64,000 nucleotides of DNA from a virus, in IMG/VR virus record IMGVR_UViG_3300030102_003270, positions 1 through 64,000 of that record; one strand, 5' to 3'. A model generated the notes under the pieces. It was not told the DNA's origin. It ran no database searches and saw only the letters and a program-made list of their open reading frames with translations. The position numbers and the translations under genes are program-made. This document shows, piece after piece, positions 19,308 through 27,693 of the stretch (positions are counted from its first letter, which is position 1; each line of letters starts with the position of its first letter).

Positions 19308-21821
19308 ATGCTTCTGAAGTCAGTCTTTGTTGGCAAGCAAAACAAAGCACTAGCGAAGCGTATCTTAGACTTCTATGAAGATGTTAGGTATAATTATCTA
19401 TCAGCAAGGGAAGACCCGAAGGAATATAGAAAGAATTGGGTGGAGAGCGTAAAGAGAATAAGAAAGGATTTTGACGGACTAGGAGAGTTTTCTTCCATGC
19501 TGAAGAAATATCTAGAGGAAGAGAATGTATTTAGTCAGAAGTCACTTAATCCCGAATCATACGATGCCAAGAAACTATATGATTCTATCAAGCAGATGAG
19601 ATTTAACTCTTCTGAATTGAATGACCCGTTTGCCAGACAGATGGGCGATGATGTCATAGAGAATCTACTACGCTCCCCTCCAATATTTGCTATGTTCATA
19701 CACTATGCATTGCGTTCAGATTCTAGCGCAATAAAGGAAGATGCGTGGAATAAGCATGACCTCAAACCAGATAAGATTACTCAAGGTGCGGAAGGATTGG
19801 ATTTAGCATTAAAGGATGTACCATTATACATCATTGAGCATTATGGAGATGACAAGGATGGTAATGATAGAGTAGAGGATAAATTTGAGGCAGCATTGAA
19901 ACTACTGAAGAAAGTCTTCCTAGAAGAGAAATCAGAAGATGAGTGGGAAGCACTAGTTGACCTAGACCTAAAGAAGAGTGATGAAGAGAAGGCTGAGATA
20001 GAATTCATAATACCTAACAAGCCGATGTATAGAATATTTGAAATAAATGACATAAAGGAATTGAAAGGATTCACAGGAGAATGGGTAGTTCAAGAAAAGT
20101 ATGACGGAATAAGAATACAGATACACAAGACAAATGGGGATGTGAAGATATATTCTTACAATAAGAAGGACATATCTGAGAAGTGCAAGGACATAATCAA
20201 GATACTGAAACAGAAAAAGTTCGGTGATTTGATACTTGACGGAGAACTGATACTATATGATGGAGATGAACCTCTACATAGAGCAGACACAATAGCCCAC
20301 TTGTTCAAGAACAAATACAAGGATGCTACACTAAAAGCCAAGGTATTCGATATTATGTCCCATGATGGGGAAGACCATACTGATAATCCATTGAGAGAAA
20401 GAGTGAATATACTTCAGTATCAACTGGCTCAACACTCCGAGGATATACTAGAGTTTCCAAACAAGAAGAATACGAGGATAGCAGACTCGTTAAGCGAGAT
20501 AGACAAATACGCAAAAGACATTATGCAGTCAAAAACCTCAGAAGGGGTGGTGATAAAAGATATAGAATCAACATATTACATAGGCACGAAAAAGAATCCT
20601 AAGTGGATTAAGTTCAAGAAATTCGTTGACTTAGATGTAATAGTGTTGGAAAAGAAGAAGACAAAATCAAATATGTACTCTTACAGTGTAGGGGTTGGTC
20701 CTTTATCTGGTGAAGAAGCAAGAGAGCATACGGGAATAGAGTATGAAGGAAAGACATATCTGCCAGTAGGAAAGGCACTTAACACCAAAGAAAACGTAGA
20801 CATAGGTGCTATTGTAAGAGTGAAGGTTGATGAAGTAAGAAGGGCAGGTAAAGGATATAGTCTGTATTCTGCTAAGGTTATAGAAATTCCAGAAGTAGAT
20901 ACTCCAGAAAAACTAGTCACTCTAGAGTTACTATCAAAGGATGGTAGGAAGTCCTTGAAGTATAATGTAGAAGAAGCATTGCTAAAATACACAATAACTG
21001 ATGGTATTCACGGCACTGCTGAGATTCTATTGAAATCAGACTATGAAGGATATAGCATATATGGTATTGAAGGAGACAGTCTAATGGAGAAGAATGCCAT
21101 TGCTGATATGGATATGTGGAAGGAGCAGTTATCTGAGATACATAAGGGTAAGACAACTGAAGCAATAGCCATAATAAAACAATATCTGCAAGAGGAAGAC
21201 CCAGATGAAAAAGGTATTCATGTCAAAGATATATTTGAGTTCATAGAAAAGAGAGATGCAGACTTGACAGAATCAATGTTTGAAAATAATCCAAGGAAAC
21301 TAAAGAACTTCCTAAATGACCATGATGCATTCATACCATTAGGTAATCAGAAGTTCACTGCTAACTCTAAGATAATAATAAAAGACAAAGAAGAAGATAA
21401 CAGTAGATATGGTAAGTTTCAACTATATACTAGAAAAGACAATAATATTGATTTCATAATTAATTACAAAGATGAAACATTTGCTTGGACTATTGACATA
21501 GATGACTCAAAAGATATTTACAACCTATTTGGAAAATCAGGTAAATATCCAGCAGAAGTTTCTAGGGGAGTTCAAAAGGATAAACTTTTAGATAGCGGTA
21601 AAATACTAATGGGAGTTCAAAAGCATGGATATCATGAATATAAATTAGAAGGGGATAAGTTTGAGACTAGATTACATTTGAGAGTTATACCAGTCAAAAA
21701 CCAAGATACATGGCTTGCTTGGACTGGAATAAAACAAAAGATGTTAGAAAGGTCAGATGATGAAGGAATATGGGATATTACTGAAGATAGGTATAAAAAA
21801 TTAACCATGCAAATAAAGTAA
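19308..21821 (+). CDS. lig: ATP-dependent DNA ligase with N- and C-terminal extensions
   Basis: Motif I QEKYDGIR, III ILDGEL, IIIa VFDIM, IV EGVVIK, V KWIKFKK, then an OB domain; C-terminal region resembles a LigD phosphoesterase-like domain. Confidence 0.92.
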   Translation: MLLKSVFVGKQNKALAKRILDFYEDVRYNYLSAREDPKEYRKNWVESVKRIRKDFDGLGEFSSMLKKYLEEENVFSQKSLNPESYDAKKLYDSIKQMRFNSSELNDPFARQMGDDVIENLLRSPPIFAMFIHYALRSDSSAIKEDAWNKHDLKPDKITQGAEGLDLALKDVPLYIIEHYGDDKDGNDRVEDKFEAALKLLKKVFLEEKSEDEWEALVDLDLKKSDEEKAEIEFIIPNKPMYRIFEINDIKELKGFTGEWVVQEKYDGIRIQIHKTNGDVKIYSYNKKDISEKCKDIIKILKQKKFGDLILDGELILYDGDEPLHRADTIAHLFKNKYKDATLKAKVFDIMSHDGEDHTDNPLRERVNILQYQLAQHSEDILEFPNKKNTRIADSLSEIDKYAKDIMQSKTSEGVVIKDIESTYYIGTKKNPKWIKFKKFVDLDVIVLEKKKTKSNMYSYSVGVGPLSGEEAREHTGIEYEGKTYLPVGKALNTKENVDIGAIVRVKVDEVRRAGKGYSLYSAKVIEIPEVDTPEKLVTLELLSKDGRKSLKYNVEEALLKYTITDGIHGTAEILLKSDYEGYSIYGIEGDSLMEKNAIADMDMWKEQLSEIHKGKTTEAIAIIKQYLQEEDPDEKGIHVKDIFEFIEKRDADLTESMFENNPRKLKNFLNDHDAFIPLGNQKFTANSKIIIKDKEEDNSRYGKFQLYTRKDNNIDFIINYKDETFAWTIDIDDSKDIYNLFGKSGKYPAEVSRGVQKDKLLDSGKILMGVQKHGYHEYKLEGDKFETRLHLRVIPVKNQDTWLAWTGIKQKMLERSDDEGIWDITEDRYKKLTMQIK

Positions 21822-21860
21822 TAACGCTCAGTTCATATAGTAAAAGTAGGAAGTGTCCCT

Positions 21861-23111
21861 GTGTCCGAGTCAAAGTTACTTAAGTCTGGAGATGATAACG
21901 AGTTTAATATTCTCAAATCAGATGATTTAATCATAGGTGGATATGCTTCAATAGAAATAGTAGACAAACAAAATGATTTAATTACACTAAAAGCATTAGA
22001 AGAAGCAGTAACAAAATACATGAAAGATGCAAAATATAGAAATGTAATGTCAAACCATTCAAATGTTCAAGTAGGAGATGTAATAGAAAAGTATAGAGAT
22101 AAAAATGGTAATCTCCATAGAACACAAGTAGATGATGTAGGATTTTATGTTGTTATTAAATTAAGAGATGACATAGAAAAAGCAAAAGAAATATCAAGAG
22201 GTATTAGAAAAGGAACATTACGTTCTTTTAGTATAGGTGGTCAAGCCTTAAGTAAAAGAAAAAAGTCTAATGAAGAATTAGGTGAATATAACGAAATTGA
22301 CAAGTTAGAACTCCATGAAGTAACAATTTGTGAGAAGGGGATAAATCCAGAAGCAAAGTTTGACATTCTAAAAGAGGAGAAAGATAAAATGAGCGAAAAG
22401 TTGGAAAAAGCACTTGAGGAGTTGAACGGTCTTATGACGCAGTTGAACGAATTCAAGAAAGAAGAGTCCGACATGGACGACAAAGAGAAAATGTCCATGA
22501 AGGAGAAAGACGAAGAGAAAATGTCCATGAAGGACAAAGACGAGGAGAAGATGGGCTATGAGTCTATGGATTCCGATGAGGAAGACGTTGAGATGATGGC
22601 TGAGAAAGACCTCGAAATGGCTGATATGGATGAAGCCGATATGGAAAGAAAGGGAAGAATGGGGCCAGAAGGCTTTGTTGAGAATGCTGGTGCAGGTGAA
22701 CCCGGACAGGGCAAAAAGCACGAACAAGCAGGTCAACTAGGTTCTCTCTACAAAGAGTGGTCGAATGATGAATTCTCCACACTAGACCTTTCCAGTGAAA
22801 ATGTGGAGAAAGCATACGAGGCTTTCAAAGCAGAACAGTTAGAGAAGATGGCTTATGATTCTCTAAAGGAGCAGTTCGCTGCAAGGTTCGCTAATGAGCA
22901 AAGTGTCCGAAAGGCCGAAGTAGCACGAAGCGAGTATGATGCAAAGAACGAAGTTGAAGCACTAAGAGAGGAATTTGCTACACTAAGGAAATCTCTTTCT
23001 GAGCAGACTGATACAATAGCAAAAGCACAGGCATTTGAAATGCCAGATGTTGATGTATCAGAAATGTCATGGGCCGAGATAAACAGTTTTGTTTCACAAT
23101 ATGAGGAGTGA
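21861..23111 (+). CDS. Prohead protease fused to a scaffolding domain
   Basis: HK97-type protease motifs GYAS...D.QND, NH, RSFSIGG and HEVTICEKGINPEA; acidic coiled-coil C-terminus; directly upstream of the MCP. Confidence 0.9.
   Translation: MSESKLLKSGDDNEFNILKSDDLIIGGYASIEIVDKQNDLITLKALEEAVTKYMKDAKYRNVMSNHSNVQVGDVIEKYRDKNGNLHRTQVDDVGFYVVIKLRDDIEKAKEISRGIRKGTLRSFSIGGQALSKRKKSNEELGEYNEIDKLELHEVTICEKGINPEAKFDILKEEKDKMSEKLEKALEELNGLMTQLNEFKKEESDMDDKEKMSMKEKDEEKMSMKDKDEEKMGYESMDSDEEDVEMMAEKDLEMADMDEADMERKGRMGPEGFVENAGAGEPGQGKKHEQAGQLGSLYKEWSNDEFSTLDLSSENVEKAYEAFKAEQLEKMAYDSLKEQFAARFANEQSVRKAEVARSEYDAKNEVEALREEFATLRKSLSEQTDTIAKAQAFEMPDVDVSEMSWAEINSFVSQYEE
22485..22553 (+). repeat. 30-bp in-frame tandem repeat in the scaffold (EKMSMK[ED]KDE x2 plus a partial copy)
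   Basis: gagaaaatgtccatgaaggagaaagacgaa / gagaaaatgtccatgaaggacaaagacgag / gagaagatg. Confidence 0.85.
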
Positions 23112-23116
23112 TTTAG

Positions 23117-24463
23117 ATGAGTGGATATATTAAGACAGTAAAAGATTTAGAGGCCGCAACCTATGGAATTAGAGGCGGTACAGGAAATACCCTACTGAAA
23201 GGTGCAGGTGTTGTTGGTGGATTACATACCGCCCATGACGCTGGAACATCTGTTTTGAGTACGGGTGCAGCAAGCGGATTAACTTCGCTATATAACACAA
23301 TATTTGGACAGAAAGTTTGGTCTATGCTTAACCAAGAGGTTAATGCTTTGGCTATTCTTCCAAAGAGGCCATACACGTCAAGTGGATGGAGAATACTAAA
23401 AAGCAGGGCATTTGGTGGAAGTGGTTCTACCTTTGACGTTGGTACAGGTGATTTTGGAGGGGCTGCTCCAAGAGCAGACAAGTTAGGTGCTGTTGAGGAG
23501 AATGCTGCAATAGGTGTAGGAAACCTATCGGCTGTTGCACCCGAATACACAACGCTGTTTACCAGCCCTAAGACCGTTGCACATCTGTTTGAGTTTTCTG
23601 AGATTGCTCTTGAGATGGCTAAGATTGACGATGGTGTAGGTGACTTAAGAGCCTTAATCCGTGAGGATATGGGTAAACACCACGCTGAAGTACAGAACAA
23701 GATGCTACTAATGCCTCTTGAGAAGTATGACGAAGCAAACACACTAACAGACCTTGGAAGGCAATATACTTCTTTGATGAAGGTAGTTGCTTCAAGTGCT
23801 GAGTTAGCAGCAATGCAGGATGCTTCGTTAATAGCAACAACGTCTGGCTCTACCCCAGATACCATAAGCAAGTTGTACGGTAACAACGATAGGGACTTAG
23901 ATGGTAGCGGTAACCCTACTGCTTCTTTCTTAGACGCAGAAGTTGATTTTGGTGCTGGATATGCTACGGCAAACTGTCGTGTTCTAACCTTAACTATCTT
24001 AAACGATATGCTAAGGCGAATCCGTCAAAACGGTGGTAGTCCAAAAGTTATCTTAACTGGATATGATACTATTCAGCATCTAGGTGACTTGCTACAAGCA
24101 CAAGAGAGGTTCATGGACCGAAGGGAGATTATTCCTACGCACAACGGCGTAAGGGGTGTTAAGGGTGCAGAAGTTGGCTTTAGAGTCGCTACTTACTTTG
24201 ACATACCAATTATTCCTTGTAAGGATATGCCAAGCACAGGTGAATCTACCTCAAACAGACTAAGTGACATACTGATACTTGATACCGACCATCTTTGGAT
24301 GAGCGTTATGAAGCCTACTCAGTATTTCGAGGACGGTATTGACAACGGCAACCCATTCGGTGTTGGAACATTAGGAAACAGGGCAATGTATCGAACCATT
24401 GCTGAGACTGGTTGTTCCTTCTTCAAGGGCCAAGGTAAGATAACCAACCTAAAGAGTGCGTGA
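23117..24463 (+). CDS. Major capsid protein (HK97 fold)
   Basis: 448 aa directly after the protease; ends with PIIP.KD...ILILDTD.L...MYRT...QGKITNL, typical of HK97-fold archaeal virus MCPs. Confidence 0.9.
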   Translation: MSGYIKTVKDLEAATYGIRGGTGNTLLKGAGVVGGLHTAHDAGTSVLSTGAASGLTSLYNTIFGQKVWSMLNQEVNALAILPKRPYTSSGWRILKSRAFGGSGSTFDVGTGDFGGAAPRADKLGAVEENAAIGVGNLSAVAPEYTTLFTSPKTVAHLFEFSEIALEMAKIDDGVGDLRALIREDMGKHHAEVQNKMLLMPLEKYDEANTLTDLGRQYTSLMKVVASSAELAAMQDASLIATTSGSTPDTISKLYGNNDRDLDGSGNPTASFLDAEVDFGAGYATANCRVLTLTILNDMLRRIRQNGGSPKVILTGYDTIQHLGDLLQAQERFMDRREIIPTHNGVRGVKGAEVGFRVATYFDIPIIPCKDMPSTGESTSNRLSDILILDTDHLWMSVMKPTQYFEDGIDNGNPFGVGTLGNRAMYRTIAETGCSFFKGQGKITNLKSA

Positions 24464-24474
24464 GGTGATTAAGC

Positions 24475-24837
24475 ATGGCATTGGAATATAGCGTAACATT
24501 ACTTGCCGACCATAAGGGAGTTACACTTCCAAAGGCAGTAGGTGATGAATACGTTGTTGATGCTGTGATAGATGTAACCAAGGTAGTCGCAGCAGGGTCA
24601 GAAATCCCTGCTTCGGCCCTTGGCCTATCATCTATTCATTGTGTATCAATATGCGGTGATGACAACCCTAACAATAGCACAAATGACATAGCAATTAAAG
24701 TGGTGATTAATTCTGCTGGTGCTTATGCAAGCGCAACATCGTTTGCTCTTAAGCACACTACTATGTCATCAGGTACTACGTTATCTAATGATGCTAATGG
24801 CGGTTCTGTTAGAGTAAGAGTGTGGGGCAATCTCTAA
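24475..24837 (+). CDS. Putative capsid decoration / minor structural protein
   Basis: Beta-rich 120-aa protein immediately after the MCP; strong GAGGTGA RBS. Confidence 0.55.
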   Translation: MALEYSVTLLADHKGVTLPKAVGDEYVVDAVIDVTKVVAAGSEIPASALGLSSIHCVSICGDDNPNNSTNDIAIKVVINSAGAYASATSFALKHTTMSSGTTLSNDANGGSVRVRVWGNL

Positions 24838-24847
24838 ATAAGTAAAT

Positions 24848-24885
24848 GTGGCCTTTGCCCCTATGAAAGTAGGGGCATTGGTCAC
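24848..24885 (+). terminator. GAAA-tetraloop stem-loop after the capsid genes (terminator or mRNA stabiliser)
   Basis: gtggcc-tt-tgcccctat-GAAA-gtaggggca-tt-ggtcac; intergenic; no poly-T tail. Confidence 0.55.
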
Positions 24886-24906
24886 TACACTAGAGGATGT
24901 ATTATT

Positions 24907-25311
24907 ATGGCATTTTTAGAATTGAGTGAGAAAGGTAGTCCGTTGAAGGTTTTACACCCTAACGGAACAGAATATGTTTTTGAGCATGGAAAGAAAACTT
25001 CTGTTTTGTTTCATTATGCAGTTGCCAAGATAGGCAATCCAGAATTCAAAGTAAGTTTTGAATTAAGTGATAAAGATGCTGTGGCTTCAGCATCAGATAA
25101 TATCATTAATATCTTAAAAGACGAATTTGGTGTAAGTGGAAACAGAGAAGATTTAGTAAAAGCAATGTTTCCAGCATCAAAATCAAGAAAAACACCAAAG
25201 CCAGTAAAGAAGGCCGTTGCTCCTGTAAAGGCAACAACAACCAAAGTAACAAGTCCGGTAAAGAAATCACCAAGCAAGGTTGATAAGGACAATACTGTTT
25301 CAAGCAAGTGA
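24907..25311 (+). CDS. Hypothetical protein with a Lys/Pro/Thr-rich tail
   Basis: 134 aa; GAGGA RBS. Confidence 0.7.
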   Translation: MAFLELSEKGSPLKVLHPNGTEYVFEHGKKTSVLFHYAVAKIGNPEFKVSFELSDKDAVASASDNIINILKDEFGVSGNREDLVKAMFPASKSRKTPKPVKKAVAPVKATTTKVTSPVKKSPSKVDKDNTVSSK

Positions 25312-25318
25312 GAGGACG

Positions 25319-25645
25319 ATGGAAATGGTCGCTGGATGTAATACAACAGGTGTGCTTACCGCCACTAAACTTTGTTACGTCGGAAAGGCTAGAATCGCAT
25401 CTATCAAGGCGATGTCTGATGGTAGCACTGATTTTGATACTTCTGGTGGGGTAGCAGCAGGAAACATAGCAGTCTATGATTCCAGCACTGCCACTACAAG
25501 CGGAAAGAAACTCATCACCAAGATGTATGTTGAAGACGATGGAAAACCACATATGTATGACTTTGAGTTTCATGGTGCTATTATGGCAGAAGGCATCTAT
25601 GTAGTAGTAACTGGCGACATACAATACTCCGTTGAATTCTTCTGA
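25319..25645 (+). CDS. Small beta-rich putative structural protein
   Basis: ATG at 25319 or 25325 after GAGAGGA; ends GIYVVVTGDIQYSVEFF. Confidence 0.6.
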   Translation: MEMVAGCNTTGVLTATKLCYVGKARIASIKAMSDGSTDFDTSGGVAAGNIAVYDSSTATTSGKKLITKMYVEDDGKPHMYDFEFHGAIMAEGIYVVVTGDIQYSVEFF

Positions 25646-25653
25646 GTGATTGA

Positions 25654-26055
25654 ATGCCAGCATTAGAAAAAGAAACAAAACTCGTAATGACGATATTATT
25701 CGTCGGAGCGATAAGCGGAACAAACGTCTACTTCTACTCGAAGTATGGTGATATGATTGCCTTCAACAACTACGCTCATGCGTTGGTTTTCGGGCTTATG
25801 ACCATTGGAGGAATACTAGTCATGAAGGCTATTTTTGACCTAGCCTTGAACGACTACATAGAGATGGCCTTACTAGACAGACGAATTGCTGCCTATTGGT
25901 CTAAGAAACAAAGAGATGACCAGCAAAGGGAGAAGATTAGAGCCACTATGCAACAATATAGAATCCCTCAACAGTTTGCTCCACAATTCAATCAACCAGT
26001 AGTAGAAGAGAACAGGCAGACCATCGCCCCCTCATTCTTAGCAAAATTAGAGTGA
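25654..26055 (+). CDS. Two-TM membrane protein with a Gln-rich tail
   Basis: Hydrophobic segments LVMTILFVGAISGTNVYFY and ALVFGLMTIGGILVMKAIF. Confidence 0.75.
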   Translation: MPALEKETKLVMTILFVGAISGTNVYFYSKYGDMIAFNNYAHALVFGLMTIGGILVMKAIFDLALNDYIEMALLDRRIAAYWSKKQRDDQQREKIRATMQQYRIPQQFAPQFNQPVVEENRQTIAPSFLAKLE

Positions 26056-26059
26056 TGTC

Positions 26060-26281
26060 ATGTTAGATGCCATAGCGTTTGGTATGGATGAGGGTTCTTT
26101 GGCATATGATATGCAAAGAGCGCATTCAGCAGACGTTTGGTTTCTAAGGGCTAGGTTTTATTTTTGGGGATTCATTGCATCAGTTACTAGTTTTCTTGTT
26201 GGACATGGAATATCGTTATTTGGAGTTAATCTATATGAATCAGTCTGGGAGGGTCTTAAGGATTTCATCAGCCACCTATGA
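26060..26281 (+). CDS. Small membrane protein
   Basis: Hydrophobic segment FYFWGFIASVTSFLVGHGISLFGV. Confidence 0.7.
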   Translation: MLDAIAFGMDEGSLAYDMQRAHSADVWFLRARFYFWGFIASVTSFLVGHGISLFGVNLYESVWEGLKDFISHL

Positions 26282-26290
26282 GGTGATTGA

Positions 26291-26959
26291 ATGTCAGTAA
26301 TGACAGGTTTTGTCATAATAATGGCAGAACAGATAGGACTTCTGTGGAAGAAACTTCATGCAGTATCTTTTGGAGTATATGGAGCCACCAAGGTAGGAAA
26401 GACAACATTACATCACCAATTAAGAACAAGGGGAGAAGTGCCACAGATAAAAGAAAGAACAGTTGGAAGAGGAAGGGCAACTAGGAAATCAATAAAGATA
26501 GATGGCGACCAGCACACAATCAAGACAGCAGACATAGGAGGAGAGACACTTTATTGGGGTGAATGGCTTAAAGACATGAAAAGCCGTAAAGTCAAATACA
26601 TTATCTTCATGATTGATGATAGACATATGGATAAACACTATGATATTGAACAGCAGTTGTGTTGGACGTTTCTAGTAGATACAATATGTTCTCCTTATTG
26701 GGATGCTATAAATAGAAGACAGAAGAAAAAGAATCACGATTATCCAGTAGCAGTAGGATTATGGGCGAACAAATTTGATTTGTGGAAAGACAAATATGAA
26801 TATGAAGACATACAGAAACACCCAATATTTGAATCATTCAAAGACGGTATGCAAAAATTAAACGATAAAGGAATACCTTGTTATAAGTATATAGTAAGTG
26901 CAAAATCAGACTCAGAAATGGTTTATCGTGGTGTAGCAACAATGATAGAGGATTACTAA
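26291..26959 (+). CDS. Small Ras-superfamily GTPase, Arf/Sar-like
   Basis: G1 GATKVGKT, G2 RTVG, G3 DIGG, G4 NKFD, G5 SAK; N-terminal hydrophobic/amphipathic helix. Confidence 0.9.
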   Translation: MSVMTGFVIIMAEQIGLLWKKLHAVSFGVYGATKVGKTTLHHQLRTRGEVPQIKERTVGRGRATRKSIKIDGDQHTIKTADIGGETLYWGEWLKDMKSRKVKYIIFMIDDRHMDKHYDIEQQLCWTFLVDTICSPYWDAINRRQKKKNHDYPVAVGLWANKFDLWKDKYEYEDIQKHPIFESFKDGMQKLNDKGIPCYKYIVSAKSDSEMVYRGVATMIEDY

Positions 26960-27023
26960 TGTCATATGATAACTGTTCCATGTCGCCGTATTGCTATTGT
27001 AAAACATGTAAGGAGAGAAAAGA

Positions 27024-27692
27024 ATGACGATGAATTACCAACCGCCAAGTTTAATCGGTGCTACCAATGCAACGGTAGCCAACCCGTTTATGCCACCACT
27101 GAAGTTTGCTAGGGCTGCGGGTTCTATAATGACATATGAATTTAAGAGTGAAAAACCAAAGAAGCAAGTAAAGGAGATGCTAAAGGTTCTTTGGCCCGAA
27201 AGAAAGTCCTTTTTCAAAATACCATTTGGTTACAAATTTAACACTAAGGACAGATGTGTTGTCTGTGGAACTCATAAAATCTGGGATAGGTCAGACCCTA
27301 TGAGGCCACCTATACCACTTCACAAAGTAAAGAAAGGCTATCCAATGAGAGGGACTTATTGTGAAAAACATGCGGGATTGTATATGCAATATGAAATGCT
27401 AGAACAACAGATAATCGCACAAGAGCATGGGCTAGAATTTAATCAATATATACCAAAACCAAAGATGCCCAAGATGCTACAATCTGCACCGCTAACTTCA
27501 TTAAGGCAATCAGATATAGAGTCATTGTCTACGATAGGTTGGATGATACGACCACCTAAAATGTTAAATGAAACAAAAGAAGATGAGTTGTTCAGATTAA
27601 CAATAGAAAGCCAGTCAATAAATACAAGAATAATAGAGTTGATGTCAACAGGCACACAAATAGTACAAAGAGAAATAGAAGAGGTGGAATGA
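27024..27692 (+). CDS. Zn-finger protein (CVVC...CEKH)
   Basis: Cys/His ligand pattern with Pro-rich flanks; follows the GTPase. Confidence 0.7.
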   Translation: MTMNYQPPSLIGATNATVANPFMPPLKFARAAGSIMTYEFKSEKPKKQVKEMLKVLWPERKSFFKIPFGYKFNTKDRCVVCGTHKIWDRSDPMRPPIPLHKVKKGYPMRGTYCEKHAGLYMQYEMLEQQIIAQEHGLEFNQYIPKPKMPKMLQSAPLTSLRQSDIESLSTIGWMIRPPKMLNETKEDELFRLTIESQSINTRIIELMSTGTQIVQREIEEVE

Positions 27693-27693
27693 A

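Noticed and set aside
21822-21860. Late promoter (TTCATATAG) upstream of the protease
   Set aside because: It is AT-rich and TATA-like, but I could not find convincing repeats of it before other genes
26287-26484. 65-aa ORF overlapping the GTPase
   Set aside because: It is an alternative frame without RBS spacing; the SD fits the ATG at 26291
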